A stretch of DNA of 64,000 nucleotides from Selaginella moellendorffii (Eukaryota; Plantae; Lycopodiophyta): NCBI RefSeq assembly GCF_000143415.4, contig NW_003314261.1, positions 930,001 through 994,000 on the forward strand, in the 5' to 3' direction. The notes beneath the pieces are model-generated. The model was not told where the DNA came from, searched no databases, and saw nothing but the letters and a program-made list of their open reading frames with translations. A program made the position numbers and the translations under genes. Numbering within the stretch: position 1 is the first letter of the stretch; each line of letters begins with the position of its first letter. Shown here piece after piece: positions 27,030 to 39,100 of the stretch.

Positions 27030-27428
27030 CTACTTGTAGCCATGCTGCACCCGATATTCATACGTTAGCTTTGGCTGGTCGTGCTTGTAGCCCCGCATGA
27101 GCGCCGAATAGAAGCCACGGAGAAGGAAAATAACCTGGCAATCGCAGGTTGCTGGGCTCACCAAGAAGGAGAACTTGAAGCCTGGCCCATCATAAATCTC
27201 GCGCAGCGCCGTCACTTCGTCGACTTCCTCCTGCGAGAAGCCGCTGCTCCTGTCAGGGGGCCATTCCTCGCCTCTCACGCACCAGTATAAACGGTTCCCA
27301 CGTTCATCCATGGGCCCGAAGGTGCCCTTGGGAAGCGTGGCTGCCGAGTGATCTCCGTTGGTAGGGCAATACCTCTTCCTGCATCTGTCGGCCATCGGAA
27401 CCTTGGGGACCGTGGCCTGCGCCGCCAT
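27030..27428 (-). CDS. Hypothetical protein (may continue in exons toward 25.7 kb)
   Basis: 132-aa GC-rich ORF with a telo-box (AAACCCTAA) just upstream. No recognised domain. Confidence 0.35.
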   Translation of the reverse strand: MAAQATVPKVPMADRCRKRYCPTNGDHSAATLPKGTFGPMDERGNRLYWCVRGEEWPPDRSSGFSQEEVDEVTALREIYDGPGFKFSFLVSPATCDCQVIFLLRGFYSALMRGYKHDQPKLTYEYRVQHGYK

Positions 27429-28559
27429 AGCCGGAAAACCCTAAACGAAGGGCGTGATCTAACGACTGGGATTAATCGGCACGAAAGTCATTTCCTATTT
27501 TCTACGAGTATCCCGTCCTGGAATCCTGCGCCAAGTTCGGTGTCTGTGCAAAAAATGTGCTGCACTCCGTGATTTCACTTCTTTTTCCTTTTCTTTGAAC
27601 TTGCTTGAGCTTTCGTGCTGCTCGAATCGCGTTGCGCCTTGGTGTTATTTGGAGCAGTTCAGCTCTTTGCGAAGCGCTTAGAGGAAGTTTCTTGTAGGGA
27701 TTTCCTTTCTCCACCCATTCTTCCCAATCCCGACTCTGGTTTTTTTGTTTTTTTTTTTGTTTTTCTTTCCTGCCCAGGATAGACAAGAGCGTGATGGAGC
27801 ATTTGTAGAACCGCAACAATGGAGCTCAAGAACAATAATTTGGGCAATGGAGCTCACGAATGTTGTAGCGTTGGAGATTTTGTTTCGCTGGATGAAATCT
27901 AGCTCCCTTGGATCACCCTTGGCCTCGAGTACACATTTAGAACCGTGATGGAATGGAAGGTTTCTCCAACCACCGAGTCATAGAACCTTGGGCAGTTAAC
28001 TCGTGAAGACCAGCTCGAATCTTCATAACGAACATTTTAGAGACGTTGTTTTGATTGGTACTTATCCTTCGATTTATAGGGGCTTCTCAGCTCAGCGCAT
28101 TTCAAGTTTCTTAGATCTAGAGGAGAGGGTGTAAGGGCGCTGCTGAGATGGAGCACAGGTACAGCAGCTGCCACTGCTCCTTCACAGCAGTGGAAAGCTT
28201 TGCCATGGCACTGGAGGTTAATGGCTGGCCGTGATCACGGAGCAAAAGCGGTTGTTTGCTGAGGTCTTTTTTTTCATTTAGCTCGTCATATTCACTTGAG
28301 CACTAGCTTGATAGCATCCTCGACCATCCCAGGCCTACAAAACCCAGCAATATCGTGTGGTGATGGCGTTTGGAACATTTAAGAAGATAAACAAGAAAAC
28401 AAATAAGAAGATAAATAAGAAAACAATACAGTTTTTCCACATGACAATACAATCATAGAAACAAGAGAATGAGAATATAACAATGGCTTAAATCATGTAG
28501 TAGTATGGGTATAAAACTCAATTTTCCCCTTCCTAAAAAATATCATCCAAATTATAACC

Positions 28560-29310
28560 AAAACTTAAAAATACTTTCATCCTTAATTTCCCATAAAATA
28601 GTTATTCCACTGAATTAACATCTGAATTGTCTTGTAGCATATTTTCACCATCCTTTGAGTAAAAACATCAGCTAAACCAACATTCCTAACATCAATTTCT
28701 AAGATTTAAATGATAGGACTGATCCATGACATCACTAGAGTGTAAACATATTTTAAACTTGATCACATGGAACAGTGGATGAATTTTCAAAATAGTGAGC
28801 AAGTTTAATTAAGTGTAAACAAGATCTTTGAAGTCCCCTGAAGACAACTTAGCACTACCACCTTTTTTCAAAGACTTGACAACTTAAAGAAAATCTTATC
28901 ACCTCCATCAAGTTGGCAAAGTTGAACATAGGCAACCTCAAGAACAAGACAAGAAGTTGGCTAATGAGTATTGTTGTTATCAAATTTCTCTTGCATATCC
29001 TCAAGGAAATCATAGGCAAGAGACATTTGAATGGAACTTAAACTCAAACCTACAGGAAACTTTGGTTCATAGCACCATGATATGAGATATGCTAATAGCA
29101 GATTATTAAACTTTATTTTGAGGAAATTAAAGTAAAGGTAAGTATCTTTCCCATACAAGTCAAGTTTTCTATAAAATAGATCAACATATCTTCCTTCAAT
29201 CTGCCCATTTGCTTGTGCATGCTCACCACTACTCATGCTTAATTTAGTCTCTAACTTTTCAAAGATTTCCAAATTGAAGTTTTCTAAGAAGCTGCTACAC
29301 AATAGATCAC
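28560..29310 (-). mobile_element. Degenerate Ty3/gypsy integrase-chromodomain remnant
   Basis: Minus strand shows HAQANGQIE and KIHPLFHV..K motifs with many stops. Confidence 0.65.
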
Positions 29311-30923
29311 GCTAGTGGTCTAGTGCCCATTCAAGTTCAGATTTGGGGCATTCTCTTTATTGTAGCTCTGACTCTAGCAGTGAGTGCCAAATCCTTTCAT
29401 CCCACTCTTCCACTGCCATCGCCCAGATGAGCTCTTCTACCAAGTCTAGCTCACCCCTCCCTTTGACACCGATCCAAGCACCACCCTAGCTGCGTGCGGA
29501 TCTTAAATGGTTCTAGCATAGAGAAAGAAACATAGAAAAAATAATCCCCAGCAAGCATTTCATAATCTTTAAGTCTCCATGAGTAAATTGATTTTTAAAG
29601 CCTTATAAATTTTTTAAATAAACATCATTTACCAATTAAACACTAAAGTGAAAAGTAGAGTGCTGGTGGTGTCCGTAGAGCCTTGGCTGGAGGTGGAAGT
29701 TTCAGCCCTAGCTCACCAGCAAACTTGGTGGCGTTATTTGTGCCCCATGTTTTCTCTTGCTTGCTATTACTATTCTTTTCCCATCCATTGCTAATGCACC
29801 AAACATGACAACTATAAGTCCAACTAGAACCCTAAACTCATACTCCAAAAGCTGCATAGGAATAAAAGCTTTTATTCCTCTAACAATTCAGCCAAGACTT
29901 CAGCTAGCAACCTAATCCACTCTTGCCCACAATGTGGGCACACTGTACTCACTTGCTGCTCACTAGATAACCTTGTTTGTTCCGCACGTCGCCACTCGAA
30001 TACACCGCGTCACCACATCAGTTCTACGCTGTGCTCCATTGTCCTACCTCTCCGACTCACGCCAAGCTCCCCTTGTCATTCTCCTCTCTTCCCTAACTTC
30101 CTTCTGCCAACTCCCAGAATATCCTCTTTTCGAATATTCTCTAGAATCTCGTCACTTCTCCATTCCACGACTCGCCAACTCTTCAAATATTAGAAAAACA
30201 AAAGAAAATGCCATACCTTGCCAATATTTTATCACTGACACTGGAGGAAGGCGATCACCCTCCAGCTTTGCAGCAGAGCAGCAACATTATTACCAATTTG
30301 AGTCCATTCCTAGCTGCTAACTTTCTCCCGGATCTCTGCCACCACCAGTCTCGTCAGCAGCAGCCCTACCACCAGCGCCGCCACCATCAGCGTGTAGAAA
30401 ACTTTGTCCCAGCCGCTGGTGGAGAGATATCCTGTCAACACTGGCCAGATTGCCTCCCCAGCGATCCACACCCATCAATGATCGCAGTCACTGTTGCCAG
30501 AGCTCTCACGTCGCCCTTGAGTGAGCTGTGAGTTCCCAGGGCCATTGATGAGCATCCCTATGATCATCATTAGGGCGATGCTCGATGCCATCGACGTTGA
30601 TCTATAACGGTAGTCATGGGAGCTTGCTTAAGTTTTGAGTAAATTTGATAAACTTCGATGGCTCCAAAGTTTAAAGTCCCCCAACTTTTTCGTTCAAGTT
30701 TTCTTCAACTTGTTTTCTGACTTGACAAGGGTAGTCAATGGTGATAGCATTTGCAATGCTACTGAAACAGATTTCAGAAGAGGTTGGATGTCCAGAAACT
30801 ATTTGGAGACCAAAAGATAGCACTATATTACAAAACTTCGAAGTTGATCGGACGGCCAAAAAAAACACCCTGCCATTTATCCCTCAGATTGAATCTCATG
30901 ATTAAGTTAGTATACTGAAAGCA

Positions 30924-30956
<33 letters not shown>

Positions 30957-31189
30957 GCATTTTTAGGAGCGTGATTGGTAAGTGCAAACTTTGTTCCCGA
31001 TCTCTCTTGCCAAAGCACGTAAGTTTAACACCAGACACCTCGAGAGAAGTGTTGAACTTTTCAACATCATGAAGTATACCGTTGATCTGTAGTAGAAAGC
31101 CAAATAATTGACGATAAACTAACATAACAGAGAATAAAAATATTTTAATACTTATTGTCGACTTTCTAGCCCAAGATTTGAAGAGACCA

Positions 31190-31290
31190 TGTTTGAGCTT
31201 GCTCCTAAGATCTTGAGGTTCTATTTTCAATGCCTCGGCCCATTCTCTGACTGTTGGTTCACGTCCAAGCTGCTCGCTCATGCTGGTAAA
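31190..31290 (-). pseudogene. Fragment of a plastid-type sigma-70 factor exon
   Basis: EQLGREPTVREWAEALKIEPQDLRSKLKHG resembles the segment before region 2 of plant SIG proteins. No complete gene nearby. Confidence 0.55.
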
Positions 31291-31939
31291 CAAGCTATAA
31301 TTTAGCACACAAGTCAGCATTGCCTCATATATCTACAAAAAATGTACCTTGAATTCCCACCTGAAAACCATTGATAGCTTCCAGCTCCTTGGCAGCAGAC
31401 ATTAGAGTCCTCCTAGATACTTCTGGACAATACAACTTTTCTCGATTCCGCTGGAAAGATCTCTGTCATCTTCCATTTCGTTCTTGCTCTTCTCTGCTAC
31501 CTGTGCTCTTTTCATCATTTGTTTGCACGTCCTAAAGGTAACCTCCCCTCTAAGTCGTAGAAAGAAGTTCATTGACTTGCAATCCCGTTTGTTCTACTTT
31601 TTCTGTTCTTTCAATCCTCGTGATTACTATAAGGCAAAGAATTTCCAGCTAAGAGAATAAATTTCTATGACATCAGTGGAAGACGTACCATGGTAGAACT
31701 AGGCTCCAAAGCCGCAGATTTCATTTAAATGATCCAATTTTGTGAAGCATTCCCTCCTCAAGTGACATCAAAACAAGAGGTGTTTGAAAATTAGATACTT
31801 CTTCCTACTTGGATGGCACACGATAAAATAAACCTCCAGTCCAATGGAAGGCAATATTTGTACAGTGCCATCGCTCCCATTTCCTCATTTAGGTTTTCGT
31901 TAGCACGGTAAACCTCAGCTGCTGGTTAAGACTGATCAA

Positions 31940-32001
31940 GTGGGGATAGCTCCGTCAGACTGAAAATCTGAAGGCCGCATGTTCGATCCACGCTCACCCC
32001 A
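31940..32001 (+). pseudogene. tRNA-Phe(GAA) pseudogene lacking most of the D arm
   Basis: GTGGGGATAGCTC..CGTCAGACTGAAAATCTGAAGGCCGCATGTTCGATCCACGCTCACCCCA aligns to plant tRNA-Phe with about 11 nt of the D loop deleted. A T-run follows. Confidence 0.85.
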
Positions 32002-32381
32002 TAATTTTTTTCATCTAAGAGAAGTTGACACCATCCTTCTCTGAGAGTCAAATTTTTATTGGCAACACATGACAAGGTTTTGCATTGGTTATTGGATGTT
32101 CCAGCAAGAACACCACTGCCCGAGGTACTCATCTAGATTATGAAGGGCAGATCTATCCTTCGCTTCTGTGCCCTGCATGATCGTTGCTTGTCTTGTGGAG
32201 AAGAAAAAAATGTCCTAGCTAAAAAGAGACTTGTCAAATAGAAACGAGTTCACAAAGAGGTGTTGAAAAAATCAATCCTCCTCACAAGCTTCATGCAAAC
32301 ATTGTCAAGATGATATCACAAGGAGTATCAACTGTGTTTTGAATGCATTTTTTTGTGATATGTAGAATACCGAATGGCAGT

Positions 32382-32602
32382 GTGATTCTCCAGCTTCATC
32401 CCATAGTCAAAATGCTCCTCATCGTAACAATTGCTTCATGATCACGCTGAGAAAACTAAGAACTTACCAGTCGGCTGGCAGACTTGTCCTCACCCTGAGC
32501 ACGGCCCAGGGTCCAGCGGTGGCTTGTACAGCTGCACGAAACGAGGAGAGAGCACAGCATCATAACATGACTTGCAAATACGGAATATCCAGCAAGCTGA
32601 AG
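32382..32602 (-). pseudogene. Partial duplicate of the 5' part of the F-box gene at 34832-36139
   Basis: Near-identical blocks to 35785-36041, e.g. GTGATTCTCCAGCTTCATCCCATAGTCAAAATGCTCCTCATCGTAAC, with internal deletions. Confidence 0.8.
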
Positions 32603-33706
32603 CTGTGAAGTCCGCTGGAAATTGCCTCAGCGACAAAGGCACCCCATCTCCCCAAGCGACGGGGTATTCACGGAATTTATATGCTAGGGCACTGGTGGCT
32701 CTCTTAGTACTCGTTTTATATTTGAATTCGAACTTACCTCGATGTGAGCATCAACGTAGACACGATCCACTAGTTCCTGGAGACTAAACTTATTCAGAAG
32801 AATAATTCCTGATAACTAGATCTTTTACCTTCACCTGTGATATCCGGAGACAACTATTATGGTACTTTAATAATAGTTTGATAAACCAGATGCCCTTTTT
32901 TGAGCTCTTCTATTGTTCTTATACCATCAAGAGAAAACTCCTTGTAAACTAACTCTTATGAGAGCAACAATGGAAGATATCGCGTCATTTGGGTGGTGCC
33001 ACGCATTGGCTTTTAAAAGTTGACTCCCTTTGAGTCTTGCCAACTCTTTTAGTTGTGGAGTCTACAAGGAAAGACAGAGAGTGTAGTACGAACAAACCCT
33101 TCTTTCACACCGATTAAGCACTCAAAACCAGTTGCAAGTGTTCCGAGTCTAGTCTGTGGTGGTGATGGCCATAGGAACCGTGATCATCCTCATGGTTGAT
33201 GAGAGGAATTCGTGCTCAAAAAGTCCATACCAGTCGTCATATCAGCAGTGGACAGAACAGACTACAAGAAAAGAAGAAAAAACTTCTAAAGTTATTGATG
33301 GAAGAAGAAAGAAAAAAAAACATGTATCACTTGACTGCATGCCATGCAGGTCATGGAAAATTTGAGACGCTTGGGCGCTGGGAATCTCTGGGATGCTTCT
33401 TCTCACCAGTTGTGGCATTGCTTGCTGGAGAGTCACAAATAAAGGAGAACAAAAGAAAAAGAAAGAAAAAGAAAAAAAGAACATGATCATGCGTGTGGCC
33501 CATGGGCTGGCCGGAGCAAGAGAAATGCCGCCATCAGAACCGTCTTTGACTGGGGCCGCAATATTTAAAATCTATTTAATTTCTCAATTCGTTTAAAAAT
33601 AACTATATTATCATTATATATGTAGGAAAGTTTTAGTAGAAAAATTAATATAATTATTAAAATGTTAAATTTATAATAACAATTGTTAGTAATGAAAATA
33701 ACCAAT

Positions 33707-33995
33707 ATGCTTTATTTCGTTAAAGTGGGACTTTTCATTATCCCACTTATGGTGTGTGGCCATATGCCATTTTTATAACAACAATAAAAAATTGAAGTTT
33801 TAACTTTATAATTTATAAATTAAAAACTTTTCATATGATTTTGTGTTATAATATTGTGAAATATAAAAAAAATAAATTAAAAAACTGATAGAAATATTAA
33901 TAAATATTAATTAAGTACTAGGAAATGGCATGTGGACACATGCTAATTAATGTCCCACTTTACTGAATAAGTCCCACTTTAACGAAATAAAGCAT
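33707..33995. mobile_element. 289-bp MITE, non-autonomous relative of the 12.4-kb transposon
   Basis: Perfect 27-bp TIR ATGCTTTATTTCGTTAAAGTGGGACTT. TSD CAAT at 33703-33706 and 33996-33999. Two copies of the family palindrome. Confidence 0.92.
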
Positions 33996-34464
33996 CAATG
34001 TAGTTGTATTAATAATATTTCTTTTTCTTGTGCAATCAATTAATTGTATACAATGTTTGGAGGGTTTGGTTTTAGATTTAGGGTTTAGGGTATAATTTAA
34101 AGTCTACATTGTTTCCTAAATCATTAATTACATCATTGGTGACTGAAGGTAAACTTGTTATAAAAGGTGTTATTACAAATTTTACCAGGATAGTGAGATT
34201 CTTACCTTTTCAATATTTCAAATTGATTTTTTTTTTATATAATTAACATTGTGGGAGAGTTTGCTTGAACTTTTTTTAAAGTGCTCAACATTATCTTGCC
34301 TTTGGGTTAAAGAAGTCACTTTTATTCTTATTTATGCTTGAAGTCTGAAAAATTGGTGTAGCAATAAGAACAGAATCTAAGAATCTAAGTTCATCATTAT
34401 GAATAGCCTCTTCTATAAATTGATACTTTTCCAGTTTAAAAATCTTCATTTCTTTGATTGCAAG

Positions 34465-34719
34465 ATGAAGATTATGCTAGTTTGTTTCCTTTTGATAATT
34501 CTTGGCTACTATGCTACTCCTATTTTTCAAGGCTACTACTTCAACACTCCAAATGAATCTTGCGATCAGCAGGACAGAGTCTGCACTGGTAAAATGTATG
34601 GGAAGCTTAGTGGTCACAACTGCAAAAACAAAGGTGGGAAACATTATGGATATCGAGGCGATTGTCTGAAAATCAACCAAGCAATGGGACTTGAGGGTGG
34701 ATGTTGCTACTTGAGCTAA
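34465..34719 (+). CDS. Putative secreted cysteine-rich (defensin-like) peptide
   Basis: Hydrophobic signal peptide MKIMLVCFLLIILGYYA. Mature part C-x6-C-x12-C-x13-C-x12-CC, basic and Gly-rich. Confidence 0.6.
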   Translation: MKIMLVCFLLIILGYYATPIFQGYYFNTPNESCDQQDRVCTGKMYGKLSGHNCKNKGGKHYGYRGDCLKINQAMGLEGGCCYLS

Positions 34720-34831
34720 ATCACTTAGAGACATTAACATGGTGATCAGGATGCAAGAAATTTCATAAGTTATTTGTATCAGCCAAATTCCAAAATGTTA
34801 GTAGTTTTTGCATCACACCACTACTTGCCTG

Positions 34832-36139
34832 TTAAGGCTTGGCAGACAGGCTGGGTAGCAACACATAGCTGCACTCAATATCCTCGTTGTACATGCAACA
34901 AGTATACCACTTGGACAGAGTAAAGTCGTATGCAACAGGAGGCCACACCCCATGGCTTTCCTTCCTGTAGAAAGCCGAGATGAAAATATTGTCCTCGACC
35001 AGCCTCACAGTCATATCCTTGTCCCCGCCTGACAAGCAACAACTGGGTCCAAACAGGTCCTTGGACAGAACCCGGGACACCAACACCCACGTTGAGCTTT
35101 CCTGTTTCATCTCCCAGATAGCCACTCCAATGTCTTCACCTAACTTCTCTGGATCGAACAGGAGCGATGCCCAGTAGCATTTCCCCTTGTACATGAAGGC
35201 ACCAATGTATCCAAAAGACCAGTTTGCCAGCTCTCGTCTTCCTGTTCTTGCTCATTATGTGCTGGTGGTGAGATAACCACGTGAGACCAAGCTCTGGAAT
35301 GTGGATCGTAAGCTGTGAATATGTTCTCCCCAGTGTAGAAGAAAGCACAGCCTCGTAGAGGTGATCCCAATGAGTTTGACGTGCTGAAGAACGGGCCCTC
35401 ATGCCAAGAACAGGAATCCGAGTCATACTGCAGCGAGAAGATCCGATCATCATCGTCATCTTGCCCCGGGGCTTCAACAGGAGTGATCTGGTTCTTCTGG
35501 TACAGTATCACAATCTGGTAAGAGCTAGTGACCACATCCGTTTCCATGCCGATGTAAAGATAGGCCGGGCGTGCACGATGCGCAGAGGCAATTGCAGGAG
35601 GAAGTGCCTTCCACGCGTCGGTAATTGGATTCCCCACAGCTAAAATCATCGAGTCGGTGTGTTCCATGAGCATCCCACACACAAGTCCGTTGGAAGAGCA
35701 CAAGCCCACGAAGCGCGAACCCGACGGGCCTAATGGAAGACTGCATCTCTTGCGCTGGAAGCGATGTGGATGCCAAAGCCCGGCGTGATTCTCCAGCTTC
35801 ATCCCATAGTCAAAATGCTCCTCATCGTAACGAAGCTCCCTACAGAGACGCTGATCACGCTGAGAAAACAACGAGTCTGTCTTACCGGTCGGCAGGGAGA
35901 CTCGTCCTCACCCTGAGCACGGCCCAGGGTTCCAGCGGTGGCTTGTACAGCTCGATGAAACGAGGAGAGAGCACAGCATCATACCAGGACTTGCACACTG
36001 CCCGCAGTATGAACAAGTCTGGGAGATCCAGCAAGCTGAAGATGTGGAGCACGAGCGATGGCTCCGTGAGGCGCTCGAAATTACCGCAGCGACCTTCGTC
36101 CTGATCAAAGGCGCCCCATCTCCCCATTTTCTCGCTCAT
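34832..36139 (-). pseudogene. F-box protein gene with two apparent frameshifts
   Basis: F-box LVLHIFSLLDLPDLFILRAVCKSW in 35882-36139, CSSNGLVC..VGNPITDAWKALPP in 35140-35871 and C-terminus in 34832-35194 lie in non-continuous frames. Confidence 0.7.
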
Positions 36140-39100
36140 AGACAGAGCTTTAAAACACTAAAGCGTAACTTTCAACGCCTTTCCTTCTACGTGGAAAAGA
36201 GTACGCTTAAAGACTGAATGCAAGGTCTCCTTGCGAATGCGCCTTGTCCGACCTAAGCAAGCAGTTGTGTTGACACGTCCGGAGCTTGAGACACAACCTC
36301 ATGTACGATGTCTTTGGCTCTCTCGACACCATCCCTACATATGCAAAACCAAAGTTGCAAAATCAAGCTCCAAATCTCTATATACTTGCCTGATGAGCAT
36401 ATCGGGTGTCATGGAGACTACCACCTGTGTGACGTGCCTTTGAAAAAATGGCAAGTAACATGTTTGAGGGTCACATCTTGCAGCCATCGGTGGAGAAAAA
36501 TATGTGTAATGTTTTGTCATCCAAGTTTCAGGTAAGGAGCTACTTGGTTTTCTTTTTTATCCTCGCTGACCTTTACATGACTAGTCCACGTGAAGAGTCA
36601 GGAGTCTTCACTGGTTCACTGTGTTACGCATATGTACATTCCATTCTGTATATATGATGATGAATCTTGAGCACCATCACATTGACATGCTTTGATTGTG
36701 AAGGGCATTTTTTTTGTCTTTTGAAAGTCTTACTTTTGATCTACCTTTCACCTTGAAAGTTTTAAGAAATGTATTAAATTTCAAAAGCAAGCTTTTTATT
36801 TGATATAACCTTTCAAGTATAGTTAAAGCTCAAAATGTACTTTTTGACATTTTCCTTTCTAAACTCAATATAACATGAACACTTTATTGTCTTAAACACC
36901 AACTCTAAAAAACCAAAGATAAATCAATTGTCAATCCTCTTTACATTGTAGAGCATTCCCTCTAATTCCCTAGAAGAATTATTGGTTAAAATAGACTGTT
37001 TGATATTCTTTTTGGGCCTTCCCATCCTAGAATTGCTCGGTAAATGAAAATTTAGCCCTATTTTAACTCTATGCTAAGTCTAAGGTTCAAAACCCATAAA
37101 AAAACTTAATCGTTTTTTTTTATAATATTGCCTTTCTTTTAATGTTTGTTTTGAAAGTTTATTTTTCAATCAAAAGTTGCCATTCTATGAAAGTTTAAAC
37201 ACCTCTTGAAAGGCATGAAAGCTGTCAAAATTGAGGCATGCATCACAAGGTTTCACCTTACCTCCAAATCCAACCCAACCCCTTTCCCATCCCAAATCCA
37301 CAATGGATATCAAATCCACCAAAATTTGATGGGAAGAACTAGTGCTTCTGGAACAAAATTTATGGACAAACAAAGTCTTTAGGGCATCACCACAGGAACT
37401 AAGACTCTTCCAGCCATTGCCACAGTGGATGAAATTGAGAAGGACTAGAGAGCTCAATTCTTGTGCTTTATTGTTCTTTAACAGGGAATATGGTGTTTGG
37501 ATCCCATGTTTTTGGAGAATGGGAACACTTGTGTGAGGTAAACTTGCCACCTCCATCAGAGTGAAAATGTTTTCAAAACATCCTGCTGTAATCATCAATA
37601 AAACTCATGAAGTATTGAGAACCACCATAAGAAACATAGGAAGAAGGGCTCTAAATGTTGCTATATGAAGGTGGCCCAACTGTTCTAGTTGGGCATTGTC
37701 CAGTACCATGGGATTCTCAATGAGATTATATTAGACATGGACTTGAGGCTCTTGAGTCACTTCTAGAGATCCTTGTTCTAGTCACTAGGATCAAAACTAG
37801 GCTACAACTCCACATCCTTAAACAGATGGACAGATTGGAAGGACCAATCAGGCAATGGAAACCTTCCTTAAGGGCTACACTTTAGATAGTTTGGGCAGCT
37901 AGATGAAATGGAAGCTCTTTGCAGAATTCACTTAAAATTTGCACGCACACATCCCTAGAAATATATGGTCGGCAAGTCTCTCTGCTGAGTGTGGACCATT
38001 CTTAAGCTCATGAGATGAAGAGTTAAGCTAGATGAACATAAGATAGGAACTTTTACGTATTTCTTGTTGAGCATATTTGGCCTGGCTTTTAATTCTTTTT
38101 TGTTTGTCTTGCATTGGCTTCACAAAAACCTTCACATATTGAAACTAATCCCTTATATGCTAGATGATAATTTACCATGTCTATTAAATACCTTTGCTAT
38201 CATGCCTCATATATTAGCTCTATTTGGTCCCATTGGCTATTTATGGAAAGTGTTTAAATCTACTAATTGGGTATATGGAGAGATTATTTTGAACACAACA
38301 GTATTATTCCCATATCCAATTTTGCAATCTAGCACTATTCCATATTTAGTAAGTTTTCATAATTGTTCTAGAGACTAACTCCTAGGATTGGGGTGAAAGC
38401 CCAAAGCATGCATTCCTTTAGGGGAGGTTGTCGGGAGTTCCAATGTACAGTAGGGATAGTGGGTAGGTTGGGCATAGCCAACCAATTTAAGGCATAATTT
38501 AGTTCTCACTTGTGTGTTTGTTTTTATTTTACATCCAACTTGGGTATAATCTTAACTTATATACCATACTAACTGGTGGAGTACTTATGTATTTGCATTA
38601 CGCTACTAATATGTTAAAATTGTGCTAAACTCTATTTAGTTTCATTTTGCGTGTTGGTCATGACATTGGGATGTTAGATGCTCTAAGACTGTTCTAAACT
38701 ACTCTATGCTCCTATCCTTTCATTCTTTGAATTGAACGTTTTGGAGTTATTTTATGCTTAACTTCCTTCACTTTTAGGTTTTATACTTAGGAGTTTGGCT
38801 CTGTCCCTTTATTCAATGGCCCAAGGTTTTGAAACTCAAGTTACCCTTGGACACATGGCATATGGTACATGGTATGTGGAGGGTTTAAGTTTTGCTTTAT
38901 GGTTATTTTTTGGTAAATCACTATAGAATAAGAGTGAAAATCATGTGCACTACAACATCACCCTACAATATCACACTTCCAAAAGACTACCATAAAATAG
39001 TTTTTGAGATGGTAAAAACAAAAATGGAGACATATGAGTATTATGGGTAGTACTACAAAAGAATAATCATAGGTAATGAAAAGTATATTTTTTATTAGTT

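Noticed and set aside
31940-32001. Functional tRNA-Phe
   Set aside because: The D loop is deleted, so a normal cloverleaf cannot form.
35860-35885. 26-nt GT-AG micro-intron in the F-box gene
   Set aside because: Splicing it does not restore the downstream F-box-associated frame, so a frameshift is more likely.
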